Source of the DNA: a virus
Taxonomy: Duplodnaviria > Caudoviricetes
Strand: one strand, 5' to 3'
Length of the DNA: 29,196 nt
Virus record (IMG/VR): IMGVR_UViG_3300009164_000029
Span: 1 to 29,196 of that record
Position numbers and translations under genes: made by a program. The notes below the pieces were generated by a model, which saw only the letters and a list, made by a program, of their open reading frames with translations, was not told the DNA's origin and searched no databases. Below, in pieces: positions 9,106 to 17,148 of the stretch; the first letter of the stretch is position 1; the number at the start of each line of letters is the position of its first letter.

Positions 9106-9611
9106 TTTATTTTATCACAGAGACATATTTAAAGACACAAACACCGATAACGGCTAACGTTGACGTAAACGATGTCACTCCGTTCATTCGTACACAGACA
9201 GAAATGCGTATACAACCAATTCTTGGGACTTATTTTTATAACGATATCTTAGCAAAATACAATGCTCAAACATTGAACGCTGACGAAGAGATTCTAGTTA
9301 CTTACATCCAGCCTGTTGTTGCTTGGAGAAGTGCTGAAGATGCGGTATTCGGTCTAAGCTACCAACTTAAAAACAAAGGATTACAGACACAATTCGGAGA
9401 CAACTCAAATTCTGTAAGTATTCAAGAGGTCAACTTTGGACAAGACCATTACGCTCAAAAAGCAAGTTTCTACGAAGCACGTTTATCTAATTATTTACGA
9501 GATAATAGAGCTTTATTTCCTGAGTTTACAAGTGCCTTAAATAGAGATAGTGATTTACGACCTCTTAGGACTTTAGATAGTGGTTACACTGATTCAATAA
9601 TGTTCTTCTAA
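9102..9611 (+). CDS. Putative head-tail adaptor
   Basis: 169 aa, helical, directly after the portal gene with ATGA overlap; 'IQPILGT.FY..I' pattern. Confidence 0.55.
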   Translation: MIYFITETYLKTQTPITANVDVNDVTPFIRTQTEMRIQPILGTYFYNDILAKYNAQTLNADEEILVTYIQPVVAWRSAEDAVFGLSYQLKNKGLQTQFGDNSNSVSIQEVNFGQDHYAQKASFYEARLSNYLRDNRALFPEFTSALNRDSDLRPLRTLDSGYTDSIMFF

Positions 9612-10333
9612 TGACAAGCTATAAAGGACTATTAAATAAAATTGAGGCATTTTGTGCTGCTCATTTTCAAATCAAGAAATATGGTGGAGAGTTCAAAGAG
9701 CAGATGCCGAACTTCAGTACCGAAGATGAGCGTTATCCAATAGTGTATGTTGTTCCTTCAAGTGATTTGAGTGACTTAAATACGAATCAATTTACGCTTG
9801 ATGTTTATTGTGTTGATATCATTCAGAAAGACAGAGCAAACATAAACACGATTGTAAGCGACTGCAACTTGATTGTAAATGACCTTTATCTATATTTCTT
9901 GGATGGCAATGATTTAAGCATTGATGTAATTGGAGCAACTTCGGGAACACCTATAAACAACTTTGACCTTGATTATTCTGCGGGATGGATGAAGACAATA
10001 ACTTTTGAGGTAGGAGCGTATAGTGTTTGTGCAATTCCAATGTCTCCAATAGAGCCAAATCCTCCGTTTGAATGTGCAGATGCTGACTATGAAGTGTACA
10101 ATCTTGACGAAGTTTTATTATACTCTGGACAGATTCCAAGCGGTGAACTAGGACAAATAACAATAGGAAATTCAGCAGTATTTAATTCTGATGAAAGTTA
10201 TTACGAAGAAGTTTTTGCAGAACAATCTTTGATTCTTCCTGACACAACAATAGACTTTGTAGTTAACGGTATAACAACATCAACTACTTTCCCAACATTA
10301 AGCGACCAAACAATAAATATAGTATGGCAATAA
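9611..10333 (+). CDS. Putative tail terminator/completion protein with C-terminal extension
   Basis: N-terminal ~140 aa (YPIVYVVP...FTLDVYCVD...AGW..TITFEV) resemble tail-terminator proteins; extra ~95-aa acidic beta-rich tail. Confidence 0.5.
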   Translation: MTSYKGLLNKIEAFCAAHFQIKKYGGEFKEQMPNFSTEDERYPIVYVVPSSDLSDLNTNQFTLDVYCVDIIQKDRANINTIVSDCNLIVNDLYLYFLDGNDLSIDVIGATSGTPINNFDLDYSAGWMKTITFEVGAYSVCAIPMSPIEPNPPFECADADYEVYNLDEVLLYSGQIPSGELGQITIGNSAVFNSDESYYEEVFAEQSLILPDTTIDFVVNGITTSTTFPTLSDQTINIVWQ

Positions 10334-11883
10334 CAGTTAACATTCCAAGTGAAGTAACGCAAACGATAACAGAAGGTGTTACTACAACTGCACCATCTGA
10401 AAATGCAGTATTTGATGCATTAGCAACTAAAGCAGATACAACTGATTTAAATGACTTAGTTCCCTATACAGGTGCTATTGGTGACGTTGATTTAGGAACA
10501 AATGACATCTACACAAACAAAGTTTGGTTATACGATGCTCCAAATGATGCACATGGTAGTATTCATTTAACAGATAATGATTTTCATATTGAAGATTCAG
10601 ATGGTCATAAAATGCTTGTGATTGAAGATGGGTTTATGCAAATACACTTAACAGACACGATTCAATCAAATTTATTTACAAGTGATTTAACTGCAACACG
10701 TGACCATTACTTACCCGATGCTAGCGGAACTATAGCGTTGACTTCTGACATTCCTACGACATTAAATCAATTAACAGATGTTGAGCAACCTCCTTTACCA
10801 AATGGGTACTTGATTTGGAACGATGACGCTGCTATATGGCAGACAAATCAGTTAAGTTTTAAAACAATCAATTCTCAATCTATTTTAGGTAGTGGTAACA
10901 TTGAAGTAGGTGGTATAGCAGTAGGTACAACGGCAGTAACTAGCGGAACTATTGGTCGTGTATTCTTTCAAGGCACAGGAAATGTAGTTCAGCAATCTGC
11001 TTCTTTATTTTGGGATAACACAAACTCAAGGTTAGGAGTAGGAGCAACACCATCTACAAGTGTTAGACTTGATGTTAGAGCGCAAGGTGCTTTAAGTACT
11101 GATTTAGCTTTAAGAATAAGAAACTCAGCAGACACGCAAAACTTATTATCTGTTTCTGGAGATGGTAGAATAGCAATTGGACTTAACGCTCAGATTTTAG
11201 GAACTACAGATGCATTTAAAAATGTCGTTATCGGTGGTGGTGCTAAAGACATCTCTGCTGCGGGTGTTAGTGAAAATTCTGTAGCACTTGGTTATAACGC
11301 AGTTTCAAACAATTCAGGAACGGCAATAGGAGCAAATACGCAAGTTACGGCAGTTTCGGGTGTAGCAGTTGGTGCTTCTGCATATGGAGGTTATGAATCA
11401 ATTGCAATCGGTGCTGGAGCCAGAGCGGATGGTACATCTGGATATCAATCATTAGCAATTGGTAAAGGAGCAAGAGCGAGTGCATTATTAAGCGGAATCA
11501 TTGCAGTAGGTCAGTCATCTTATACAAATGCATTAGGTCAAACTTTAGCTTTTTGTGTTGACCCATCTGGAGCAAATAGTCAAACAATGCTATTAACAAA
11601 CAAAGCAAATCTTGTCTTTAAAAATAGCACACAATTGACATCAGGCACACATTGGAACACAACGGCAACAAACACTTTAACAATTCACAACGGAACAGTT
11701 CCGAATGGTAATATTGTTGACGCTGCTCAATTCTATGTAGCTGACATTGTAGCTGGCAACGCAGCACCTCACTTTAGAACTGAAAATGGAAACATAATCA
11801 AATTATATCAGCAATCATCCGCAGGAATCTTAACCGTAGGACAATTGGTAACGGTGTTGCAGAATCTAGGTCTTTTATCTTAA
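10324..11883 (+). CDS. Tail fibre / receptor-binding protein with YadA-head-like repeats
   Basis: 519 aa, G/T/S/N-rich; repeats SVALGYNA, GTAIGANT, GVAVGASA, SIAIGAGA, SLAIGKGA at ~13-18 aa spacing; 'LPDASGTIALTSDIP' and 'KTINSQSILGSGNI' linkers. Confidence 0.8.
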   Translation: MAITVNIPSEVTQTITEGVTTTAPSENAVFDALATKADTTDLNDLVPYTGAIGDVDLGTNDIYTNKVWLYDAPNDAHGSIHLTDNDFHIEDSDGHKMLVIEDGFMQIHLTDTIQSNLFTSDLTATRDHYLPDASGTIALTSDIPTTLNQLTDVEQPPLPNGYLIWNDDAAIWQTNQLSFKTINSQSILGSGNIEVGGIAVGTTAVTSGTIGRVFFQGTGNVVQQSASLFWDNTNSRLGVGATPSTSVRLDVRAQGALSTDLALRIRNSADTQNLLSVSGDGRIAIGLNAQILGTTDAFKNVVIGGGAKDISAAGVSENSVALGYNAVSNNSGTAIGANTQVTAVSGVAVGASAYGGYESIAIGAGARADGTSGYQSLAIGKGARASALLSGIIAVGQSSYTNALGQTLAFCVDPSGANSQTMLLTNKANLVFKNSTQLTSGTHWNTTATNTLTIHNGTVPNGNIVDAAQFYVADIVAGNAAPHFRTENGNIIKLYQQSSAGILTVGQLVTVLQNLGLLS

Positions 11884-11893
11884 ATAAAAAAAT

Positions 11894-12199
11894 ATGGCAG
11901 TTTTAATCAAATCAAACAAAACAAAAAGTATCACAATTTTAGGTACTACTTTAAACGTGGAAAATGTCTACGGAAGACTTGAATTTGCTGGTCGTGCAGA
12001 TGGTAAAACGTTAGAAATAGCGGTTACTACTTATGCTAGCTACGAAACTTTTTTAAGCAATCAACCTATCTTCACAGATGTTCAACAAGGTAGTTTCAAC
12101 GTTGAAATCTTACCTACTGAGACACAAAGCATAGATACTGCTAACAAGTACGCAAAATTAGCATTTGAGCAATTAGGTTACACCGTTGACGTTATCTAA
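11894..12199 (+). CDS. Small tail-fibre-associated protein
   Basis: 101 aa, A-rich leader, directly after the fibre gene. Confidence 0.5.
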   Translation: MAVLIKSNKTKSITILGTTLNVENVYGRLEFAGRADGKTLEIAVTTYASYETFLSNQPIFTDVQQGSFNVEILPTETQSIDTANKYAKLAFEQLGYTVDVI

Positions 12200-12200
12200 G

Positions 12201-12431
12201 ATGAGTCTAGAAACTACTTTAAAAGCCATTAAAGACTACGGGATAACAGGTGTTTTAGTAGTTTGGTTATTTATCACGAATAATCGGCTATCGGTAGTAG
12301 AAAATAAGTTGTTTGACTGCTACATGACCAAGCACGCAGAAGTAAAAACAACGGAAAACTTTATTTTGATTCCTGAATTTTTGGCTATTATTCCAAGTAA
12401 CCCAGTAGGGGAAATAGAACATTATATGTAA
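12201..12431 (+). CDS. Single-TM membrane protein (holin/antiholin-like)
   Basis: ATG 12201; TM segment YGITGVLVVWLFIT; at the start of the lysis cluster. Confidence 0.45.
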   Translation: MSLETTLKAIKDYGITGVLVVWLFITNNRLSVVENKLFDCYMTKHAEVKTTENFILIPEFLAIIPSNPVGEIEHYM

Positions 12432-12465
12432 TTACGTAGAAAAACACTTAAATTTGTGATATTAT

Positions 12466-12702
12466 ATGGCAAAACGGTTAATTAAAGAAATATTAAACGA
12501 CACTTTAAAGCGTGATGGCAAATGGTCAAGAACGTCTTTAACGATGTTTACTTCTTGGTTTGTGGCTTTAATGATGGCTATCTTAGACTTCTTTTTTAAC
12601 GGCATTAGATTTGACATTTGGCTTGGTTTAATAAGCGTTTCAATTGGTAGTAAAATAAGTGATTCACTAAGTAAAAAAATACACAATGATACAGGAAGAT
12701 AG
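12466..12702 (+). CDS. Putative holin (2 TM)
   Basis: 78 aa, two hydrophobic segments, basic termini, upstream of spanin and endolysin. Confidence 0.55.
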   Translation: MAKRLIKEILNDTLKRDGKWSRTSLTMFTSWFVALMMAILDFFFNGIRFDIWLGLISVSIGSKISDSLSKKIHNDTGR

Positions 12703-13129
12703 AGAGATAAGAATATTAATAATTTGCGCCTTACTTTGTGCGTTTTGGATTGGCTTTTTGTCTAGTTGTTCTGCTAATTATCACATGGCTAAGTTCATAA
12801 AGAAAGGTGGAATAATTAAGAATGACACTACTTTAATAACGGTTAACGACACTATTCGTATTAACGGCAAAGATTCTATAGTTGTTAGAACAATCAGCGC
12901 AGTATGTCCAGAGATGAAATCCCCAAAAACACGATATGAAACGAGAATTGAGTATCGATACAAAACAAAAGTAGAAAAGGCTCAAATAAAATGGCGCACA
13001 AAATACCAAACGAAGTACATTAAACAACAAAAAAAGATTGAAACAAAGAATAACAAAACGTTAAATTTGCTTTTAATTGTCATTGGTCTTATAACTATCA
13101 CTATATTAGCGTTTAAATTTTCTAAATAA
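12686..13129 (+). CDS. Putative unimolecular spanin (lipoprotein with C-terminal TM)
   Basis: Hydrophobic signal ending in a lipobox-like LSS-C; C-terminal TM LLLIVIGLITITILAF; in the lysis cluster. Confidence 0.6.
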   Translation: MIQEDREIRILIICALLCAFWIGFLSSCSANYHMAKFIKKGGIIKNDTTLITVNDTIRINGKDSIVVRTISAVCPEMKSPKTRYETRIEYRYKTKVEKAQIKWRTKYQTKYIKQQKKIETKNNKTLNLLLIVIGLITITILAFKFSK

Positions 13130-13135
13130 CAACAA

Positions 13136-13708
13136 ATGAACTTAGAAACTTACATTAATTTTACGAAGAAGTGGGAAGGCGGTCTATCTCGTGACACTTC
13201 TGATTCAGCAAGTTCTTATCCATGTCCAACGATGCATAAAGGTATCAAAGGATATCATACAAATGTAGGGATTACTTATAAAGTTTGGGTTTCAGTTTTT
13301 GGAAAAGAAAACGATACACGATTCTTTATTATGTCTGGTGAAGATTGGTTTAAAGTATTCAAATCATTGTATTGGGATAGCGTAAAAGGAGACGATTACA
13401 AGTGTTTTTCTATTGCGGTAATAGTAACAGGTATGGCTTGGGGTTCGGGCGCATCTAGAGCGGGTAAAACGCTACAAAAAGCAATCAATAATTTAGGACT
13501 TCAAGTTGCAATTGATGGCAACATCGGTAATAAGACAATCGCAGCTGCAAATGCTTTAAATGACACTCAACTATTCGATGAAATCATGAGACTTAGAATT
13601 GAATTTTTTAAAGCAATATCTGAGGAAGGAAGTAAAAACGCTAAATTTAGAAACGGTTGGTTAAATAGAGCCAAAGACTACATAAAGACCTTTAGACCTA
13701 CTAACTAA
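13136..13708 (+). CDS. Endolysin, glycoside hydrolase family 108-like
   Basis: N-terminal 'WEGG' catalytic motif, 'TNVGIT', 'DGNIGNKT', C-terminal 'KFRNGWLNR' peptidoglycan-binding motif. Confidence 0.88.
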   Translation: MNLETYINFTKKWEGGLSRDTSDSASSYPCPTMHKGIKGYHTNVGITYKVWVSVFGKENDTRFFIMSGEDWFKVFKSLYWDSVKGDDYKCFSIAVIVTGMAWGSGASRAGKTLQKAINNLGLQVAIDGNIGNKTIAAANALNDTQLFDEIMRLRIEFFKAISEEGSKNAKFRNGWLNRAKDYIKTFRPTN

Positions 13709-13720
13709 GTAGGTTTTTTT
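13695..13720 (+). terminator. Intrinsic terminator at the end of the lysis operon
   Basis: GACCTACT-aacta-AGTAGGTT followed by a T tract, overlapping the endolysin stop codon. Confidence 0.75.
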
Positions 13721-13726
13721 ATTGCA

Positions 13727-13822
13727 AAATGTCCCGTATTTTAATTAAAAAACTAGACATTTGTCAAGCTATAGCCTTATATTTTACTAGAAAAGTAAGG
13801 TTATCACCTTATAAATTATAAG
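13727..13822. repeat. Three consecutive inverted repeats
   Basis: 13727-13762 (AAATGTC..TTTTAATTAAAA..GACATTT), 13771-13804 (ATAGCCTTAT..GTAAGGTTAT), 13808-13822 (CTTATAA-A-TTATAAG). Confidence 0.7.
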
Positions 13823-13831
13823 TAAATAAGT

Positions 13832-14602
13832 ATGAAAAAAAGAATGTTTTTCGATATTGAGACTTCCTTTAACATCGGTATCTTTTGGAGAAGTGGCTAC
13901 AATCTAACTATTCAACCAGATGACATCATAAAAGAGCGTGCAATTATTTGCGTTAGTTGGAAGTGGGAAGGAAAAGACCAAGTACATAATTTAACGTGGG
14001 ACTCAAACCAATGCGATAAGAAACTGCTTAAAGCCTTTATTAAAGAACTCAATAAAGCAGATGAAATAATCGCACACAACGGAGATAGATTTGATATCAA
14101 ATGGCTTCGTACACGTTGCTTGTTTCATGGCTTGGAAATGTTTCCTCAGTACCAAAGTATTGACACTCTTAAACACGCTAAAAGTCAGTTTAATTTTAAC
14201 TCTAATAAACTAGATTACATAGCTAAATTTCTTGGTGTTGGTGCAAAGCTGAAACATGAAGGTATGGATATGTGGAAGTCAATTATTTTTAACAAAGATG
14301 CAGATTCTCTTAAAAGAATGGTGGAATATTGTGACCAAGATGTAGTTATCCTAGAAAAAGTATACGAGAAGCTACAACCGTACACAAAGCCAAAAGTAAA
14401 CTATTCTGTTCTAAGAGGTGGAGAAAAGTTTGGATGTCCAAATTGCCAAAGCTACGAGATACGATTAAGAAAAACATACACTACTCCAGCTGGAACTATT
14501 CAGCACTACATGAGTTGTAATTCATGCAATAAATCAAGCTACAAAATAAACAACAAAACATTTATAGACTATTTACAATGGAAAATGAAGAATAATTTGT
14601 AA
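13832..14602 (+). CDS. RNase H-fold (DnaQ/YprB-like) 3'-5' exonuclease with C-terminal zinc ribbon
   Basis: ExoI 'FDIET', ExoII 'HNGDRFD', ExoIII 'YCDQDV'; CPNC...CNSC. Confidence 0.85.
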   Translation: MKKRMFFDIETSFNIGIFWRSGYNLTIQPDDIIKERAIICVSWKWEGKDQVHNLTWDSNQCDKKLLKAFIKELNKADEIIAHNGDRFDIKWLRTRCLFHGLEMFPQYQSIDTLKHAKSQFNFNSNKLDYIAKFLGVGAKLKHEGMDMWKSIIFNKDADSLKRMVEYCDQDVVILEKVYEKLQPYTKPKVNYSVLRGGEKFGCPNCQSYEIRLRKTYTTPAGTIQHYMSCNSCNKSSYKINNKTFIDYLQWKMKNNL

Positions 14603-14610
14603 ATTTGCGA

Positions 14611-14671
14611 GAATCATAGTTCATAATTTTGTTTGTGTTAGGTTAAGCCCTCGCTTCGGTGGGGGTTTTTT
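14611..14671 (+). ncRNA. Candidate small antisense RNA complementary to early-gene start-codon regions
   Basis: Lies between TAAATTTG (14600-14607, -7 consensus) and a terminator. The reverse complement of 14614-14637 (CACAAACAAAATTATGAACTATGA) matches the start regions at 14821 (14/14), 17193 (16/17), 18939 (10/10) and others. The 5' end is approximate. Confidence 0.5.
14645..14671 (+). terminator. Intrinsic terminator with C(UUCG)G tetraloop
   Basis: AAGCCCTCGC-TTCG-GTGGGGGTTT followed by T; three G-U pairs mean it folds well only on the + strand. Confidence 0.85.
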
Positions 14672-14677
14672 AGTTTA

Positions 14678-14719
14678 TCTACGTAGTTTTACGTATATTC
14701 TTCTACGTAGTTTTACGTA
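14678..14719. repeat. Two 18-bp direct repeats TCTACGTAGTTTTACGTA
   Basis: Exact copies at 14678-14695 and 14702-14719, each with two TACGTA palindromes 10 bp apart. Confidence 0.9.
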
Positions 14720-14755
14720 ATTTACCCTTATTTTGCACTTTTATTAACAAAAATG

Positions 14756-14785
14756 TTTGTAAGTTAAATAATTGTAGTATGTTTG
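14756..14785 (+). promoter_or_regulatory. Early promoter, Bacteroidota housekeeping-type
   Basis: TTTG (14756-14759), 18-nt spacer, TATGTTTG (14778-14785); upstream of the small early ORF cluster. Confidence 0.7.
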
Positions 14786-14820
14786 TAAGGTCAATAAGGC
14801 ACAAACAAAAAAACAAAATT

Positions 14821-14973
14821 ATGACAACTCAAGAAGTTTTAAAATTAAAAAGAAAATCAGTAGTAAGTAAAATAAATTCAACTCCTGAAACACCATCTTT
14901 CACTTCTGAATTAAGAAAATTATGGAAAGAATTAAGAGTAATTGATGAGCAAATTAAAACATTAAACAAATAA
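14821..14973 (+). CDS. Small early hypothetical protein (50 aa)
   Basis: ATG 14821 with A-rich leader; the ATG at 14779 lies inside the promoter. Confidence 0.65.
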   Translation: MTTQEVLKLKRKSVVSKINSTPETPSFTSELRKLWKELRVIDEQIKTLNK

Positions 14974-14975
14974 TT

Positions 14976-15188
14976 ATGACAATCACAGAAGCAAGAATCA
15001 CAAGAGGAAATGGTTACGGTCAGTACATCGTATCAGGAATTGTTAACGGAGAATCAATTAAAGTAAGAACTACTAATTCAGAGGCATTTGATTGGTTCAA
15101 CGATGATTCAAATCTAGAGAAACATGAGGAAGCGATTGAATACGTTCAATCTGTTTTGGAAAATCGTTACGAATTATTAAACAATTAA
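14976..15188 (+). CDS. Hypothetical protein
   Basis: 70 aa, 2-nt gaps to both neighbours. Confidence 0.7.
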   Translation: MTITEARITRGNGYGQYIVSGIVNGESIKVRTTNSEAFDWFNDDSNLEKHEEAIEYVQSVLENRYELLNN

Positions 15189-15190
15189 TT

Positions 15191-15418
15191 ATGAAATCAA
15201 TAACAATTAAAAAGGAAGTAGATAATTTCAATAACGTTTCTAACGTTATTTATGTTAATGGTATTCAAGTGTGCAGATTATCAAAATTAGATAAATGTCA
15301 TGGCTGGGATTCACGCTCTAAATTTATAGTTAGAAACTATTCCAATGAATTAGGATTGAAATTTACATTTGAAACAGCAAGAACAATTAAACAAGTAATG
15401 CAAGAATTATCTAAATAA
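15191..15418 (+). CDS. Hypothetical protein
   Basis: 75 aa, tightly packed in the operon. Confidence 0.7.
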   Translation: MKSITIKKEVDNFNNVSNVIYVNGIQVCRLSKLDKCHGWDSRSKFIVRNYSNELGLKFTFETARTIKQVMQELSK

Positions 15419-15426
15419 TATAAACT

Positions 15427-15654
15427 ATGAAAAGTAGAGTAATTGAATTACAAGAAAAAGCTAACAAAATTTTGCAGATGGCTCAAGATATGGATAAGCG
15501 TATTGAGTTGGTTAAATCATGGACAGAACTTACATATATGCCAAAATGGTATATTGAAAAAAAAGAGAACGAGTTATATTGTTGTCAACGTGGAAGTAAA
15601 AGATTATGGTCAGCATACCTTCAAGTATTAACACAAATAAAATTAGAATTATGA
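15427..15654 (+). CDS. Hypothetical protein
   Basis: 75 aa, helical character, A-rich leader. Confidence 0.7.
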   Translation: MKSRVIELQEKANKILQMAQDMDKRIELVKSWTELTYMPKWYIEKKENELYCCQRGSKRLWSAYLQVLTQIKLEL

Positions 15655-15887
15655 TTATTATAGAACTAACAGAAGACTTTGCAAAGGTCTTAATTAACGG
15701 AAAAGAATTTGATATTTCAATTCACCAACCTTCACAAGAAATCATTTTAGACATCAGCTTCCTTCGTGAGTTTAAAAACTTCAACGAAATGAATGAGTGT
15801 GAAGATTGTGAGCAAGGATGGGTAGACGATGGCGAAGGAGATGAAAGCCATTTTGTACGATGTGAATGTCAACCTAAAATAAAATAA
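15651..15887 (+). CDS. Hypothetical protein with C-terminal CxxC...CxC
   Basis: ATG 15651 overlaps the previous stop (ATGA); CEDC...CEC. Confidence 0.65.
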   Translation: MIIIELTEDFAKVLINGKEFDISIHQPSQEIILDISFLREFKNFNEMNECEDCEQGWVDDGEGDESHFVRCECQPKIK

Positions 15888-15888
15888 G

Positions 15889-16065
15889 ATGAATATGAAA
15901 TCAATAAGCAATTGGCTAAATAAAGACGTAAAGCCACAAGAAGTAGAGAATGTTTACATTCCTAAAGCTAAAGTAAGAGTACAATCAACAGTTGACTACG
16001 GTCAAGGAATGACATTCAACGAAAAAGCGGAGCATATTTTTAAACAAATAAAAAAAATAAAATGA
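15889..16065 (+). CDS. Hypothetical protein (58 aa, below the ORF-track cutoff)
   Basis: MNMKSISNWLNKDVKPQ...KQIKKIK*; fills the gap exactly and overlaps the next gene by ATGA. Confidence 0.65.
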   Translation: MNMKSISNWLNKDVKPQEVENVYIPKAKVRVQSTVDYGQGMTFNEKAEHIFKQIKKIK

Positions 16066-16499
16066 AAGTGAGAATAAAAAACATAGCATTTTATAGTCTT
16101 GACACAAAAGTAGGAGACATTGTAGAGGCACGCGTAAAAACGCACATTGCCTATGAATGTCTGTGTAGTTACTCAGGAAAAGAAAGTTGGTTATTTTTTA
16201 CACATGACGAAGTAGAAATAATTGAAGAAGAACAATTTAGAACGATTAAAACAAGAATTGAAATAAGACCGAAAGAAAAAGCAAAAGATTTAGTTTACGC
16301 ATTTCAATACTTAGTGACTATTTGGGATTGTTATAATGACGAACCTTTAAAACTAAAATATACATTACCTTATATGAAAAAATGTGCATTGATTGTAGTT
16401 GATGAGTTAATAAAACAATGCTGGGATTATAGAGCTATTGACTTACAAGCATCTTATGATTATTGGCAAGAAGTTAAACAAGAAATACAAGCACTATGA
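16062..16499 (+). CDS. Hypothetical protein
   Basis: 145 aa with ATGA couplings at both ends; C-terminal 'PKEKAKDLV...CALIVVDE...YWQEVKQEI'. Confidence 0.7.
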   Translation: MKVRIKNIAFYSLDTKVGDIVEARVKTHIAYECLCSYSGKESWLFFTHDEVEIIEEEQFRTIKTRIEIRPKEKAKDLVYAFQYLVTIWDCYNDEPLKLKYTLPYMKKCALIVVDELIKQCWDYRAIDLQASYDYWQEVKQEIQAL

Positions 16500-16750
16500 C
16501 ACCAGCACACAAACTAATTATTTCAACGGCACTCCTTCCTGTACTAGCAGACTTCTTAGAAGACGTTCCAATGAATAGACTAGCTAAGATGAGACGTGAA
16601 ACAGTAGTCAATTCAATCAGAGCATTTGACAGAATGTACACGAATACCGAAAAAACGGAAGACTACAACGAAGCAATGGAGCAACAAAATAAAATTCAAC
16701 TAGCATTTAGAAATTGGTTAGCTGAATCACTTAAACAAATAGAATCATGA
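16496..16750 (+). CDS. Hypothetical protein
   Basis: 84 aa with ATGA couplings. Confidence 0.7.
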   Translation: MTPAHKLIISTALLPVLADFLEDVPMNRLAKMRRETVVNSIRAFDRMYTNTEKTEDYNEAMEQQNKIQLAFRNWLAESLKQIES

Positions 16751-17148
16751 CAATAGAAGAACTAATTGAGGAGTACGATTTAAAATCCAATTGTAGAAAG
16801 AGAGAACTAGTATACGCAAGAAATGTGCTTTACAAGTATCTCCGAAATCAAGGAATGAGCCTTATCAGAATAGGCAAGATGTTTAATCGTGACCATGCAA
16901 CCGTATTATTTGCATTGAATCAATATGACAAGCTAAGCAAGTACGAAGATTTTAAAATCATAAAGCTAGATGTCACCGAGAAACTAGGTCTTACAAAAAA
17001 ACTGAATAAAAGAGTTGAAGTCAGTTATTTAGAGCAAAAAGTAATTGATTGCAAAACTTATTTAGACCTTAGAAACATCCAGCAAGAACTACAAAAAGTT
17101 ATTTTAGAACGTGAAGAAGTAGAAATTTTTACAACGTTTAATATTTAA
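16747..17148 (+). CDS. DnaA C-terminal-like HTH DNA-binding protein
   Basis: 'R.RELVYAR....YLR...MSLIRIGKMFNRDHATVLFA' matches the DnaA domain IV signature (SL..IG..F.RDHTTV). Confidence 0.8.
   Translation: MTIEELIEEYDLKSNCRKRELVYARNVLYKYLRNQGMSLIRIGKMFNRDHATVLFALNQYDKLSKYEDFKIIKLDVTEKLGLTKKLNKRVEVSYLEQKVIDCKTYLDLRNIQQELQKVILEREEVEIFTTFNI

Noticed and set aside
10324-12199. Diversity-generating retroelement or invertible tail-fibre system
   Set aside because: No reverse transcriptase or invertase, and I saw no template/variable repeat pair.
12398-12466. Fifth late-promoter copy near the holin (CATTATATG at 12420; AAACA at 12442 with TATTAT at 12460)
   Set aside because: Neither has the 16-nt spacer with both boxes, nor the 31-nt distance to an ATG.
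14563-14625. Minus-strand mini-ORFs (about 20 aa MNYDSRKF... and 14 aa MILANLQ...) using the CACAAACAAAATT-ATG context
   Set aside because: Very short, antisense to the exonuclease 3' end, and the adjacent hairpin folds well only on the + strand. Kept only as the alternative explanation for the sRNA finding.
14678-14719. Mini-CRISPR array
   Set aside because: Only two 18-bp repeats with a 6-bp gap; no spacer-sized sequence and no cas genes.
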